64,000 nucleotides of DNA from an uncultured Alphaproteobacteria bacterium (lineage in GTDB: Bacteria; Pseudomonadota; Alphaproteobacteria; Methylaequorales; Methylaequoraceae): positions 27,322-91,321 of the forward strand of contig CACBON010000002.1 of NCBI GenBank assembly GCA_902540805.1, given 5' to 3'. Each line of letters opens with the position of its first letter. The stretch's first letter is position 1. This document shows, piece by piece, positions 54,368-64,000 of this stretch. Below the pieces are notes generated by a model that ran no database searches, was not told the origin of the DNA, and was given only the letters and a program-made list of their open reading frames with translations. Position numbers and translations under genes: made by a program.

Positions 54368-54992
54368 AAACAAAATATCAAGGAAAGGACTAATGTTGGT
54401 TTTATCTTCCCCCTCTGGTGCGGGTAAAACGTCAATATGTAAAAAAGTAATAAGTTTGGACAAAAAAATTTCACTATCTGTATCCTACACAACCAGACCA
54501 AAAAGAAAGAGTGAAAAAGATGGTAAGGATTATTTTTTTGTTTCAAAGGAAAAATTTGAGGATCTAAAAAAAAAAAATTTTTTTATTGAATTTGCCAACG
54601 TTTTTGATCACTGGTACGGAACTCCAAAAAACTTTATAGAAAATAATCTTAATAATGGTGAAGATGTTATTTTTGATATTGATTGGCAGGGAGCTCAGAA
54701 ACTCTCTGATTTTTCAAAAAATGACGTTGTATCTGTTTTTATTTTACCACCTAGTAATAAGGAACTTCATGAGAGACTAAAAAAGAGAGCAGAAGACAGT
54801 GTTGAAATCGTTAGTAAAAGAATGAGTAAGGCTAGATCAGAAATAAGTCATTGGATAGAATATGATTATGTATTAATAAATCACAATCTGAAAGATTGCT
54901 CAATTGAGGTTCTAAATATTCTTAACGCTGAAAGAAAAAAAAGAAACAGACAAAAATTTATATATGATTTTATTGCCAAATTGTTAGATTAA
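54360..54992 (+). CDS. gmk: Guanylate kinase
   Basis: SSPSGAGKT, TTRPKR, YGTP, DIDWQG. Confidence 0.97.
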   Translation: MNENKISRKGLMLVLSSPSGAGKTSICKKVISLDKKISLSVSYTTRPKRKSEKDGKDYFFVSKEKFEDLKKKNFFIEFANVFDHWYGTPKNFIENNLNNGEDVIFDIDWQGAQKLSDFSKNDVVSVFILPPSNKELHERLKKRAEDSVEIVSKRMSKARSEISHWIEYDYVLINHNLKDCSIEVLNILNAERKKRNRQKFIYDFIAKLLD

Positions 54993-55754
54993 TACTTTTG
55001 AAAGTTTTACAAAATCTATTGGTTTCAAATCCTGCGGTCTTGAGTTTGGGTCAATGCCGCATTTTAAAATTTTTTTTTCAGCATCAATGAAGAATGTTTT
55101 TAAATTATTTTTGATTGTTTTTCTTCTTTGTCTGAATGAAATTTTAAGAACATTATCTAATCTATCATAATGAATTTTTCTTTTCCTATATGGCATGATC
55201 TTTATTACTGTAGATTCAACTTTTGGTCTTGGGTTAAAATTATAAGGTTCTACATCAAATACTTTTTCTACCTCTGCGTGAAGCTGTACTAATACTGATA
55301 ATCTGCTATAAAATGACGTTGAAACTCTTGCACTTAATCTTTCGGCAACTTCTTTTTGGACCATCAATACCATCGATTCTATTATATCATAGTTTTTTAT
55401 TAATTTTATTATCAAAGTGCTTGCAATATTATAAGGAAGATTAGATATAATTTTAATTTTACTATAATTAAAATGTTTTAAATTAATGTTTAGAACATCA
55501 TCATCTATAAGAGAAATTATATCTTTAAATTTTTCCTGAAGTTTAAACAAGTATGTTTTGAGATTCTTATCCTTTTCTATGAGAATCAGCCTTTTTGGCT
55601 TATTTTGAAGTATTTCTTTTGTTAGTGCACCTCGACCTGGTCCTATTTCAAAAATAACCTTGTCTTTTATATCATCTAAAGAAACTATTTTTTTTAAAAT
55701 TGATTTGTTTATTAAGAAATGCTGACCTAAGCTCTTCTTAAAAAAATGTTGCAT
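54984..55754 (-). CDS. rsmA: 16S rRNA m6,2A methyltransferase
   Basis: KKSLGQHFL, EIGPGRGALT, SNLPYNI, QKEVAER. Confidence 0.96.
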   Translation of the reverse strand: MQHFFKKSLGQHFLINKSILKKIVSLDDIKDKVIFEIGPGRGALTKEILQNKPKRLILIEKDKNLKTYLFKLQEKFKDIISLIDDDVLNINLKHFNYSKIKIISNLPYNIASTLIIKLIKNYDIIESMVLMVQKEVAERLSARVSTSFYSRLSVLVQLHAEVEKVFDVEPYNFNPRPKVESTVIKIMPYRKRKIHYDRLDNVLKISFRQRRKTIKNNLKTFFIDAEKKILKCGIDPNSRPQDLKPIDFVKLSKVLI

Positions 55755-56777
55755 TTAAAATCTTTTTCTTAAGAAATTAAATGATGCTATTAAACTCTCA
55801 GGATTAGCAATATTTCTTTTAGCTATATCAAAGGCCGGACCGTGGTCTGGAGAGACTCTAAGAAAAGGAAGTCCACCAGTTATATTTATTGAATGATTGA
55901 AATCTAATGTTTTGACTGGAATTAAACCTTGATCATGATAGAAGCAAAGAATGCCGTCAAATTGTTCTCTTTTAGATTTATGAAAACAAGAGTCACTGCT
56001 AAGCGGTCCAAAAATTTTAATTTTGTTTTTAATGCATCTATTAAGCAGAGGTTTTATAATTTCTATTTCTTCACTTCCAATAAGACCCTCTTCACCTGCA
56101 TGAGGATTTAGACTAGTTATTGCAATTTTTGGTGATTTAATTTTCCAAATTGTGGTTAAAGAGTTTCTAAAAGCAATAATTTTTTCATAAATAATATTCT
56201 GATTTATAAATTTGTGAATTTTTTTGAGTGGTATGTGAGTAGTTATTAAACCTACAATTAGATTTTTCCCTTTATCAGAGGGCTTTGTGGTAGATAAAAT
56301 CATTATTTCAGAATATTTTTTTTTATTTTTTTTGGATGCTAAGTAAGATAAATATTCAGTCTGCCCATTAAAATTGAATTTTGCTTTTTTTAGTGTTGTC
56401 TTACATACCGGAAGTGTAAGTATTCCTGATGATTTTCTCTTACACACAAACTCAAAAGCTTCTGTGATAGACTTTAAAACATATTTACTATTTTTGGCGT
56501 TAGGTTTTCCTGGATAGAAATCTATATTTGCTTTAAGATCAATAACTGGGATTGATCTCGAAAAAATGTGATTTATGTCATTATCATTATTTATAGCTTG
56601 AAAATTAGCTTTTAAATTAAATAGGCTATTAACTTGATTTAACTTTTTTAAATCGTCAACCAAAATGAAAGGTGGAATTTTATATAAATTTCTCTTCAAC
56701 CATACTTTGATTATTATTTCAGATGAAATACCAGAAGGTTCTCCCATGCTGACAATTATAGGTTTGCATGATTTCAT
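55755..56777 (-). CDS. pdxA: 4-hydroxythreonine-4-phosphate dehydrogenase
   Basis: MGEPSGI, LNPHAGE, YHDQGLIPVK, RVSPDHG. Confidence 0.95.
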   Translation of the reverse strand: MKSCKPIIVSMGEPSGISSEIIIKVWLKRNLYKIPPFILVDDLKKLNQVNSLFNLKANFQAINNDNDINHIFSRSIPVIDLKANIDFYPGKPNAKNSKYVLKSITEAFEFVCKRKSSGILTLPVCKTTLKKAKFNFNGQTEYLSYLASKKNKKKYSEIMILSTTKPSDKGKNLIVGLITTHIPLKKIHKFINQNIIYEKIIAFRNSLTTIWKIKSPKIAITSLNPHAGEEGLIGSEEIEIIKPLLNRCIKNKIKIFGPLSSDSCFHKSKREQFDGILCFYHDQGLIPVKTLDFNHSINITGGLPFLRVSPDHGPAFDIAKRNIANPESLIASFNFLRKRF

Positions 56778-57982
56778 TTATTAAAAAACTTAATGTTTGT
56801 ACTTTTTCTAATATTTGATAAGTAAGTATTAGTCAGTTGGTTAAATTTTTTGGAGAAGGCTTGTCTTTCTATTGCTTCTCTGGAAATATTGTTTGATCTA
56901 GAAATTTTTTTTTCACATACGTATAGTAAATTATGTTCTCCATCAAAATCAAAAACTTCAGTAAAACTTTTCTCTTCTGAAATATCTAATTTTTCAAGAA
57001 ATAAATTTGATATATCTTTTGAAGCCATGTCTTTTATTTTTAATAATTTAACTCCTTCTCCAATTTCTGACTCTTTTATATTGTCACAACTTATATTTTT
57101 TTTATACATTTTTTGAATCTGGTTTTTATCAAATGAGGAAAACTTTAAGAAAGAAAACTTTATTTGATCACTTCCAAACCTTCTTTTTTGATTGAGTTTT
57201 AAAATTTTAAATCCATTACTTATTTTTATATTAGTTTTTATATCACCTGGATTCATATTATAAAGAATCTCTTTTGTTTCAGAATCGAGACTGTCTTCAA
57301 ATATCCATCCAGTTTTAAGTCTATTTCCTTGTGGATTAAGATCACTAAATTTATTCGCTAAAAGCTCAAAAGAGGTTCCTGAGTCGAGAAGCGAAATAAC
57401 AGTTTCCATTTTCTTCTTTGATGATTCCCAATTATTTAGTTCTTGGTTAAGAAAGATTATTTCAGAAAAATTAAATTCAATTTTACCAACTTTATTTTTG
57501 TAATTATTAAGTATTGCGTCTATATCTGCTGAATTAATAGTAATTTTTGTTGCAAACATTTGCTGAGAGAGTTTTTTCCATAATAACTCATTTTTTAGTT
57601 GCTCTACCACTATCTCAGCATCTATGTTTTCACTTTCTAAAAATAATTGAAAATCTTCAAATTCTTCTACTGGAAAGTTATAGATTGCCGCAGCGAGTTC
57701 AACTATTTCATCTTTACCAGCAGTAATTTCAGCTTTTTTGGCTTCAATTTTCTTTAGTTTCTCTATTATTAATAATTCGAGTACACGGTCCCTTACTGAA
57801 TCTCTGTTTCTAATATTATCTTCAAGTTTCAGTGATTTAAGAACAAGCTTTATTCTCTCAGATAGGTCATATGTTGTTATTGCTTCAGAATCAACAGATG
57901 CTATTATTCCCTCAAACTTTTGTTCAGCTAAAGTTATTTTAAACAAGAAAAGTAAGATTAGAAATATAAAAGAATTAAATAT
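56774..57982 (-). CDS. surA: Periplasmic chaperone/PPIase SurA
   Basis: IIASVDSEAITTYDL, FELLANKFS, YLSNIRK; position between lptD and pdxA. Start uncertain; ATA 57982 proposed. Confidence 0.8.
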   Translation of the reverse strand: MFNSFIFLILLFLFKITLAEQKFEGIIASVDSEAITTYDLSERIKLVLKSLKLEDNIRNRDSVRDRVLELLIIEKLKKIEAKKAEITAGKDEIVELAAAIYNFPVEEFEDFQLFLESENIDAEIVVEQLKNELLWKKLSQQMFATKITINSADIDAILNNYKNKVGKIEFNFSEIIFLNQELNNWESSKKKMETVISLLDSGTSFELLANKFSDLNPQGNRLKTGWIFEDSLDSETKEILYNMNPGDIKTNIKISNGFKILKLNQKRRFGSDQIKFSFLKFSSFDKNQIQKMYKKNISCDNIKESEIGEGVKLLKIKDMASKDISNLFLEKLDISEEKSFTEVFDFDGEHNLLYVCEKKISRSNNISREAIERQAFSKKFNQLTNTYLSNIRKSTNIKFFNK

Positions 57983-60149
57983 CGTTCTCCATAATTTCTT
58001 TAAGCGAGAAAAGAAACTGGAAACTGTTTGATGTCGGGTTTTCTGGCATATGAGTGTATTGTCTTGACCAATTGAATGAAAATCCAAGACATTCGTCTTC
58101 GTATTTAATTTTTGCATTGATACCATGAAATTTAATTTTATTTTTTTTATCAAATGTTGAGGATGTAGTAAAGCTCCAGTATTCTGAAAATTTTTGCTCT
58201 ATTGAGAGATTAAACTGATTTTTTGCTTCAATAAGATTTTTTCCGTCATTATCTAATACTGCTGGAGCATTAATATTTCTGATATTTAGGAATGTTTTTT
58301 CTATATTCAACATAAGAGTGGAGTAAGCGCTTTTGATTGAAAAATCATTTTTATCTAAAGATAAATAAAAACTAAGATTTAAAGAATCAACCGGTGATAT
58401 TTCAACATTTGCAAGAAAATCTGAAAATTTATCATTAATACCTGAGTTTGTTGGTAAAAACTTATGATTATCAAAGTGATAACTTTGGGCTAATCCAATT
58501 CTACTAAACTTTTTTGTAGAATTGGTTTGTTTTAAAAATGATAATCCATAATCAAATCTATCTAAACTATCAGCTCTATAGAATCCTGATAATCTATTTC
58601 TATTAAATAAATCAAAATAATCTAAGTAAAAGTTATTAATATTACTTTCGTCTGGAATTTCCCTATTGAATGCTTTTGGAGAAGTTTTAAGATACATAAA
58701 CTTCGGTTTTATTATTGTTTTATATTTTTCTGTGTATTTTACGTATGGTTTTGTTAATTCAACAGAAATTTGAGGATAAAAGTTTGATTTAAATTCACTA
58801 TGTTTAAATTTTCCAGTTTTCGGGTTATGGTATTTTTTTATATGGAACATCCCTGCATTTAAATGTGCTCCAAAATTAATCATAGTGCCATCACTAAATA
58901 TTGTTGGGAAAAAAATATTTTGATTTACAAAAAACTTTTTTGTTTCATTACCTTGATTTCTTTTTAAATTGATTATTTCAAGATTGGTCTCAAAATTTAA
59001 AAGGTTCAATTTTTTTTCTGAATTTAAATTTAAGCGAAGTCTTGGAAAAATTTTTGGTATTATTCTTCGATTTACGTCCTGCCTAAGATCCTGAAATAAG
59101 TAAGATTCTAAACTGTAGAAATTTGAATGTCTATGGGAATTCAATTTTAAAAAGGATGTAAGTGTGTCTTGATATCCATATTTATAAGTATTTAAGTAGT
59201 GTCGATCAGCCGTTCGATGTACCTGAAAGTCAACATACGAATTTTTATTCAAATCAAAACTACCTGTTGATTTGAAATGACCTCTTTTTTTGTCCTCCTT
59301 TATACCATTTTCCTTTTTGTTATTTTCAATTGTTCCGCTAAATTCTGAAAAAATTTCACCGTTGAGGAAATTTTTCCTATGCTCAATAAATAAAACTGGA
59401 TTTTTTTTTTGTGAAAATTTTGGTTTTACAGTTATGTCCTGATAGTCATCAATTGGAATATAATACGGAAGATCCGTTGCGAATCCAAAATAATGATTTT
59501 GGATAAAACTCGGTGAAATAAGTCCTGCTTTTCTCTTTACAAGAGGTGAGGCATGAGAAAAGTAGGGGAGGTAAAACACACTTTTACCTTTAAAATCCAC
59601 AAATGTGTCATAATATTTTACGTTTAGAGATTTTTTGTCGTGTATGATTTTTTTTGCTCGTAATTGCACTAAAGGTTCGTCATAACGTCCAGTTTTTTCG
59701 TTAAAACATATTTCGCATGCAGTAAATACTCCATTTTGAAGCTTTTCCCAGTTTTCTCCTCTTCTTTCAACCCTTTCAGCAGCAAACCTCAAATAATTTT
59801 TTTTTTCTTTAAAAGGGTTTGATGGCAAATACAAAAAATTTTTTTCAATTATCGCATTTCTTAGTTCCTGATCAGCCACAATTTTCTCAGCTTTGAGTAT
59901 TGAACCGTCTGAATTAAAAATTGTTACGTTATCTCTAGCTGATAAAACATTTGATGTATTATTTAAAAAAACTTTATCTGCACTTAATTTAAATTTTTCA
60001 TCCACGATTTTTACACCACCTGTTGCATAAATTCTCGTGTTATCTTTGTCATAGGTAAATTGTTCTGCCGTTATTTCGAGTTCTTCATCTGAATATGAGT
60101 GGTTATTAATAAATAACAAAATTAAAATCAAGTATCTAACCATCTTCAA
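57975..60149 (-). CDS. lptD: LPS assembly outer membrane protein LptD
   Basis: FTACEIC, FYLPYF, RKAGLI.P, NRLSG, YEDEC. Confidence 0.9.
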   Translation of the reverse strand: MKMVRYLILILLFINNHSYSDEELEITAEQFTYDKDNTRIYATGGVKIVDEKFKLSADKVFLNNTSNVLSARDNVTIFNSDGSILKAEKIVADQELRNAIIEKNFLYLPSNPFKEKKNYLRFAAERVERRGENWEKLQNGVFTACEICFNEKTGRYDEPLVQLRAKKIIHDKKSLNVKYYDTFVDFKGKSVFYLPYFSHASPLVKRKAGLISPSFIQNHYFGFATDLPYYIPIDDYQDITVKPKFSQKKNPVLFIEHRKNFLNGEIFSEFSGTIENNKKENGIKEDKKRGHFKSTGSFDLNKNSYVDFQVHRTADRHYLNTYKYGYQDTLTSFLKLNSHRHSNFYSLESYLFQDLRQDVNRRIIPKIFPRLRLNLNSEKKLNLLNFETNLEIINLKRNQGNETKKFFVNQNIFFPTIFSDGTMINFGAHLNAGMFHIKKYHNPKTGKFKHSEFKSNFYPQISVELTKPYVKYTEKYKTIIKPKFMYLKTSPKAFNREIPDESNINNFYLDYFDLFNRNRLSGFYRADSLDRFDYGLSFLKQTNSTKKFSRIGLAQSYHFDNHKFLPTNSGINDKFSDFLANVEISPVDSLNLSFYLSLDKNDFSIKSAYSTLMLNIEKTFLNIRNINAPAVLDNDGKNLIEAKNQFNLSIEQKFSEYWSFTTSSTFDKKNKIKFHGINAKIKYEDECLGFSFNWSRQYTHMPENPTSNSFQFLFSLKEIMENDI

Positions 60150-61230
60150 TATGTATGAGAGTGCTTAGTAAAAATAAATTTAAAATTATAGGTGGTGACC
60201 ACACTGCAAAGAACACATTAATATTTCCTGTATGACCAAGAGTTTTAACAAGATCAGAAAAAAAATGAAACAAAACTCCAATAATTATTCCTAGTATTAT
60301 TTTAGCGATATTTTTTTTTATTCTTTCTTTTTTGATCGATAAGACACAACCTAAAAGAACCATCGCCATTAATACTAAGGGAAACGAAAAAAGGTAATTT
60401 TTATAAATTACGTGCTTTCTTACTGAAAATCCAGAATTCTCCAAATTCTTAATATATTTTTTTAATTCCCAAAAACTAATTGTTTCTGGAGGTCTAAAGT
60501 TTTTTTCAATTTTTTTTGCATCTAAATTTATTTCAATATCCATTTCATCGAATTTCTGGGGTGGTTTGTTTAATTCGAGCCTATATCCATCGATCAGTAA
60601 CCACAACCTATCATTAATCATTTTCACATTTTCAGTATCAATTCTCTCAAGAAATTTATCATTAAGATCAAACTTAAATATTTTTACTTCTTTTAGAAAT
60701 CTCTCCTGAGAGGAATAATGTTTTGCATTAATTACGTATTCAAAAGTCTCATTTCTTTCTCTTAACCATAATCCTGTTTGTGAAATAGAATATAAACCTG
60801 AACTTCCTTTAAAATAAATGCTTTCGTAATTTTTAAATTTTATGTTCATAAGTGCAAAAATTGGATTGAATAATAAAATGAAGATTGCACTTATTAAAAT
60901 TACGTTGATTAATGCTGGAAATATTAGCGACCAAATAGAAAAACCTGAAGCTCTTAGGACGCTTAATTCGTTATTTCTATTAAGTTTCATGTATGTGTTC
61001 ATTGATGATAACAAGAATACAGTAGGCAATATTATAGGAAAAAGTGATGGAATGTGAAGGATGGACATTTTCAATAGAATTCCAAATTCAATATTTTTAC
61101 TAGAGCCCCTTCTTATGAGTTCAATTAAATCAATTGAAATAAAAAGAAGGCATGAAAATATAAAAATTATTAAAAATGATATAAAATTTTCTTTAATGAG
61201 ATACTGCAAGATTATTTTATTTTTTAACAT
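60136..61230 (-). CDS. lptG: LPS export permease LptG
   Basis: ELSVLRASGFSIW, GLWLRE, PETISFWEL, AVWSP. Confidence 0.9.
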   Translation of the reverse strand: MLKNKIILQYLIKENFISFLIIFIFSCLLFISIDLIELIRRGSSKNIEFGILLKMSILHIPSLFPIILPTVFLLSSMNTYMKLNRNNELSVLRASGFSIWSLIFPALINVILISAIFILLFNPIFALMNIKFKNYESIYFKGSSGLYSISQTGLWLRERNETFEYVINAKHYSSQERFLKEVKIFKFDLNDKFLERIDTENVKMINDRLWLLIDGYRLELNKPPQKFDEMDIEINLDAKKIEKNFRPPETISFWELKKYIKNLENSGFSVRKHVIYKNYLFSFPLVLMAMVLLGCVLSIKKERIKKNIAKIILGIIIGVLFHFFSDLVKTLGHTGNINVFFAVWSPPIILNLFLLSTLIHIEDG

Positions 61231-62315
61231 TATACTTTTTGTGACCTGTTGCTAAAAAAAAATACTGAAAATAAACAAAATATTGCCGGAAAAAAGTTTA
61301 AAATTTGAAAATCTTGGTATTTAATTGAAATATTAGAAGAAACTATAGAAATAATTTGAAGCAAAATAATTGTTCCAAAAACAATAATTGGTTTCAAAAC
61401 GCTTTCTTTTCTTTGATAACTAAAAGACATAATCACAAATGAAACTACTACCCCAAATCCAATTATGTTTAGTGGCATTGAATACCTCAGAGTAAGCTCT
61501 GCTTTAAATGCTTGAATGTTTTTTAAATCATCTTGAGACTCTAAGTCAGGGTTTTTCAATTCATACAATGATCTTTCTGAGGGAGATTTCCATCTATTTA
61601 GAAGGTTTGTTTGATCATTTTGATTCACATCTAAAAGATACTCGTCAAAGTACAAAACTGAAAGTTTTTTATCTTTGCCTTGAAAATGTTGAGACCCATT
61701 TTGTAGAAGAATTTTTGTAGAATCTGGATGTGTTATTAATCTTCCTTTTTTTGCTATTAAGGTTGATGTTCTTTTCTCATCCCTTGTATCGTGAATAAAG
61801 ACATTATGAAGACCATCTTTTTTTCTTTCTTTAACAAATATAGTAAAGTCTTTGCCAAAGTTATTAAATGTTCCTTCTTGAAGAAGAGATGAAGAGTAAT
61901 CATTTTTTAATGTATACAAAAGAATTTTAAAATTTTCATTTGATTTAGGTGATTGATAAAGAGTAAAGAAAAAGCTAATACAACTCATCAGAATTGAAAA
62001 AACCAAAGTAGGTTTAATAATATTATAGATTGAGAAGCTAGATGATAGCAGAATCACCAATTCCTTATCAGACTGCATTCTTGAAAGAACAAAAAAAATT
62101 GAAAGACTGACTATGATTGGGAGAAGTATTGGTATTATTTGAGGTAATGATAAAAAAATAAGTTTAGAGAAAATAAAAAACGGAAGTCCCCTTCCAACCA
62201 TTAATTCTATCAACTGAACACTTTTAGATAGGCAAAAAAGAGAAATTATTAGTATCAATATTAGAATAGAATTATTAAATAGTTGCCGTAGAATATATTT
62301 ATCAACTAAATTCAT
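61230..62315 (-). CDS. lptF: LPS export permease LptF
   Basis: MNLVDKYILRQL, SDKELVIL, LQEGTFN, VFIHDTR; ATG 62315. Confidence 0.88.
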   Translation of the reverse strand: MNLVDKYILRQLFNNSILILILIISLFCLSKSVQLIELMVGRGLPFFIFSKLIFLSLPQIIPILLPIIVSLSIFFVLSRMQSDKELVILLSSSFSIYNIIKPTLVFSILMSCISFFFTLYQSPKSNENFKILLYTLKNDYSSSLLQEGTFNNFGKDFTIFVKERKKDGLHNVFIHDTRDEKRTSTLIAKKGRLITHPDSTKILLQNGSQHFQGKDKKLSVLYFDEYLLDVNQNDQTNLLNRWKSPSERSLYELKNPDLESQDDLKNIQAFKAELTLRYSMPLNIIGFGVVVSFVIMSFSYQRKESVLKPIIVFGTIILLQIISIVSSNISIKYQDFQILNFFPAIFCLFSVFFFSNRSQKV

Positions 62316-62381
62316 TGAATAATGGAAAAAAAAACAATATACATTATTTATTACAAATTTTATCAACAATTAATACAATAA

Positions 62382-63851
62382 ATGAAAATAACTTTTGAAA
62401 CAAAAAAAACAGAAAAAGATCACTTAGTTTTTATTTACAAAAATAAACTAAGTTTTAGTAATCTAGCCCTTAATAGTGAACAGATAGATCTACTCAAAAA
62501 TTCTAATTTATCTTTTAAAGGAAGAAAAGAATTTACTGAAACCCTACACTATAGTGCAAAAGCAGAAATCCACTCTCTTACAATAGCTAAAATAAATACT
62601 AAATCAGCAGCAGAAGAATGTGTTAGACTCGAAAGTTTTGGTGGAAGTTTATTATCTTATCTGGAAAAAAAAAAGATTCTTAATGCTGCAATAATTTTTG
62701 AAGATAAAGAATTTGATCTATCTGAAAAAAAATTAATTATTAACGGATTGAACCTAAAATCATACAAATTTAATAAATACAAAACTAAAAGTAATGAAAA
62801 GAAATTTTTAGAAACTTTAAAGATCATAGATTATCAGAATAAATTTAATAACAACGACAAAAGGGAAATAACTTCAGGTAAAAGAGTAAAAGGTATTTTC
62901 CTGACAAGAGATTTGGTATCAGAGCCTGCAAATGTTTTGTACCCATCTAAATTTGTGGATATGTGCAAAATTTTAGAAAAAACAGGAGTTAAGATCGAGG
63001 TTTTAGATGAAAAAAAAATGAAATCTCTGGGAATGAATGCACTATTAGGAGTTTCACAAGGGTCAGTTCGACCGGCGAAAACTATGATTATGAAATGGAA
63101 TGGAAATCCAAGCAATAAAAAACAACCAATTGCTTTTATTGGTAAAGGTGTGACTTTTGATACAGGTGGAATTTCAATCAAACCATCAGGTGGTATGGAA
63201 GACATGAAATGGGATATGGGAGGAGCTGGTGTTGTTGCAGGCTTGATGTATACGCTAGCTTTGAGAAAAGCAAAAACAAACGTCATAGGTGCCGTAGGTC
63301 TCGTTGAAAATATGCCTGACGGAAATGCTCAAAGACCAGGTGATATTGTTAAATCAATGTCAGGACAAACTATAGAAGTTTTAAATACTGACGCTGAAGG
63401 TAGGTTAGTTCTTGCGGATGTTTTATGGTATGTGAAAGAAAAGTTTAAACCAAAACTGATGGTTGACTTAGCCACATTGACTGGAGCAATAATTGTTGCA
63501 CTTGGTGACAGATACGCAGGAATGTTTTCAAATAGTAACGACCTAGCCGATAAGCTTTATAATTCATCAAAAGAAACGCAAGAACTTATTTGGAGACTTC
63601 CACTCGATAGCGACTTTGATAAACTTCTTAATTGCCAGGTTGCTGATATGAAAAATATAACAGGAGCCCGTGGAGCAGGAAGTATAACTGCAGCTCAATT
63701 TCTCAAGAGATTTGTGGGCGAAATTGAATGGGCACATCTCGATATAGCTGGAGTTACTTGGTCGAAAAAAGGTACAAGCCTCTCCAGACCTGGTGGCACA
63801 GGATTTGGTGTGAGGCTATTAGACAACTTTGTAAAGAAAAATTATGGTTAG
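62382..63851 (+). CDS. pepA: Leucyl aminopeptidase (M17)
   Basis: [36 protein letters not shown]. Confidence 0.97.
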   Translation: MKITFETKKTEKDHLVFIYKNKLSFSNLALNSEQIDLLKNSNLSFKGRKEFTETLHYSAKAEIHSLTIAKINTKSAAEECVRLESFGGSLLSYLEKKKILNAAIIFEDKEFDLSEKKLIINGLNLKSYKFNKYKTKSNEKKFLETLKIIDYQNKFNNNDKREITSGKRVKGIFLTRDLVSEPANVLYPSKFVDMCKILEKTGVKIEVLDEKKMKSLGMNALLGVSQGSVRPAKTMIMKWNGNPSNKKQPIAFIGKGVTFDTGGISIKPSGGMEDMKWDMGGAGVVAGLMYTLALRKAKTNVIGAVGLVENMPDGNAQRPGDIVKSMSGQTIEVLNTDAEGRLVLADVLWYVKEKFKPKLMVDLATLTGAIIVALGDRYAGMFSNSNDLADKLYNSSKETQELIWRLPLDSDFDKLLNCQVADMKNITGARGAGSITAAQFLKRFVGEIEWAHLDIAGVTWSKKGTSLSRPGGTGFGVRLLDNFVKKNYG

Positions 63852-64000
63852 CGACAATAAAACTACTTTGAACTTTTATTCAATTTCTTCGAATTTTAAT
63901 GACATTTTATTGAAGCTTTGTAATAAAATTGTAAACTCTGAAGAAAATTTATACGTGAACTTTGATAAATCAGATACAAAGAAAGAAGTTGATAAGTTTT
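63844..64000 (+). CDS. holC: DNA polymerase III chi subunit, N-terminal part (runs off window)
   Basis: Manual translation [15 protein letters not shown]...LLKLCNKIV...EVDKF; conserved position overlapping the pepA end. Confidence 0.65.
   Translation, partial: MVSDNKTTLNFYSISSNFNDILLKLCNKIVNSEENLYVNFDKSDTKKEVDKF

Noticed and set aside
4162-63286. Numerous 60-150 aa ORFs antisense to or nested in identified genes (e.g. 4892-5179, 18789-19226, 22012-22371, 26531-26914, 47397-47777, 62834-63286)
   Set aside because: Shadow frames of well-supported genes, with S/F/I/L-rich antisense composition and no motifs or RBS.
1-64000. tRNA, rRNA, CRISPR array, IS element, prophage or strong intrinsic terminators
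   Set aside because: Intergenic gaps are short and AT-rich. I saw no cloverleaf, repeat-spacer pattern, transposase, integrase or convincing GC hairpin; a covariance-model search was not possible.

Overview
Very AT-rich, gene-dense chromosomal window. Gene order and content point to a streamlined, probably marine, alphaproteobacterium (inference). I saw no rRNA, tRNA, CRISPR array, integrase or transposase. The right half (~33.7-64 kb) is core genome in the usual alphaproteobacterial order: trhO, yfgM-bamB-der, purF-cvpA-mlaFE-dnaB-rplI-rpsR-rpsF, fabD-fabG-acpP-fabF-mltG-gmk, rsmA-pdxA-surA-lptD-lptGF, pepA-holC. It carries an inserted cytochrome c/flavocytochrome c sulfide dehydrogenase pair. 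The left half (~6-33.7 kb) is a gammaproteobacterial-type, sigma-54-driven flagellar region resembling Rhodobacter (Cereibacter) sphaeroides Fla1: fleQ divergent from fleT-fliEFGHIJ, then fliKLMN, fliOPQR-flhB, motAB and its own rpoN. Eight intergenic -24/-12 sigma-54 promoters, three FleQ-like GTCA-N6-TGAC boxes and IHF sites are readable in the DNA. Best candidates for undescribed biology: (1) a divergent ribosome-recycling-factor paralog that has lost its conserved arginine motifs and ends the fliO-flhB operon, after a MotF-like protein and a PDZ-membrane protein; (2) a sigma-54-controlled module of three tandem bactofilins, a tail-anchored protein, an LmdC-like M23 peptidase and a lytic transglycosylase, two of its transcripts apparently leaderless; (3) an adjacent five-gene operon running from an NHLP-leader-like protein through a Sel1 protein to a K+ channel with an ATT start. 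All family calls come from reading motifs by eye, not from database searches.
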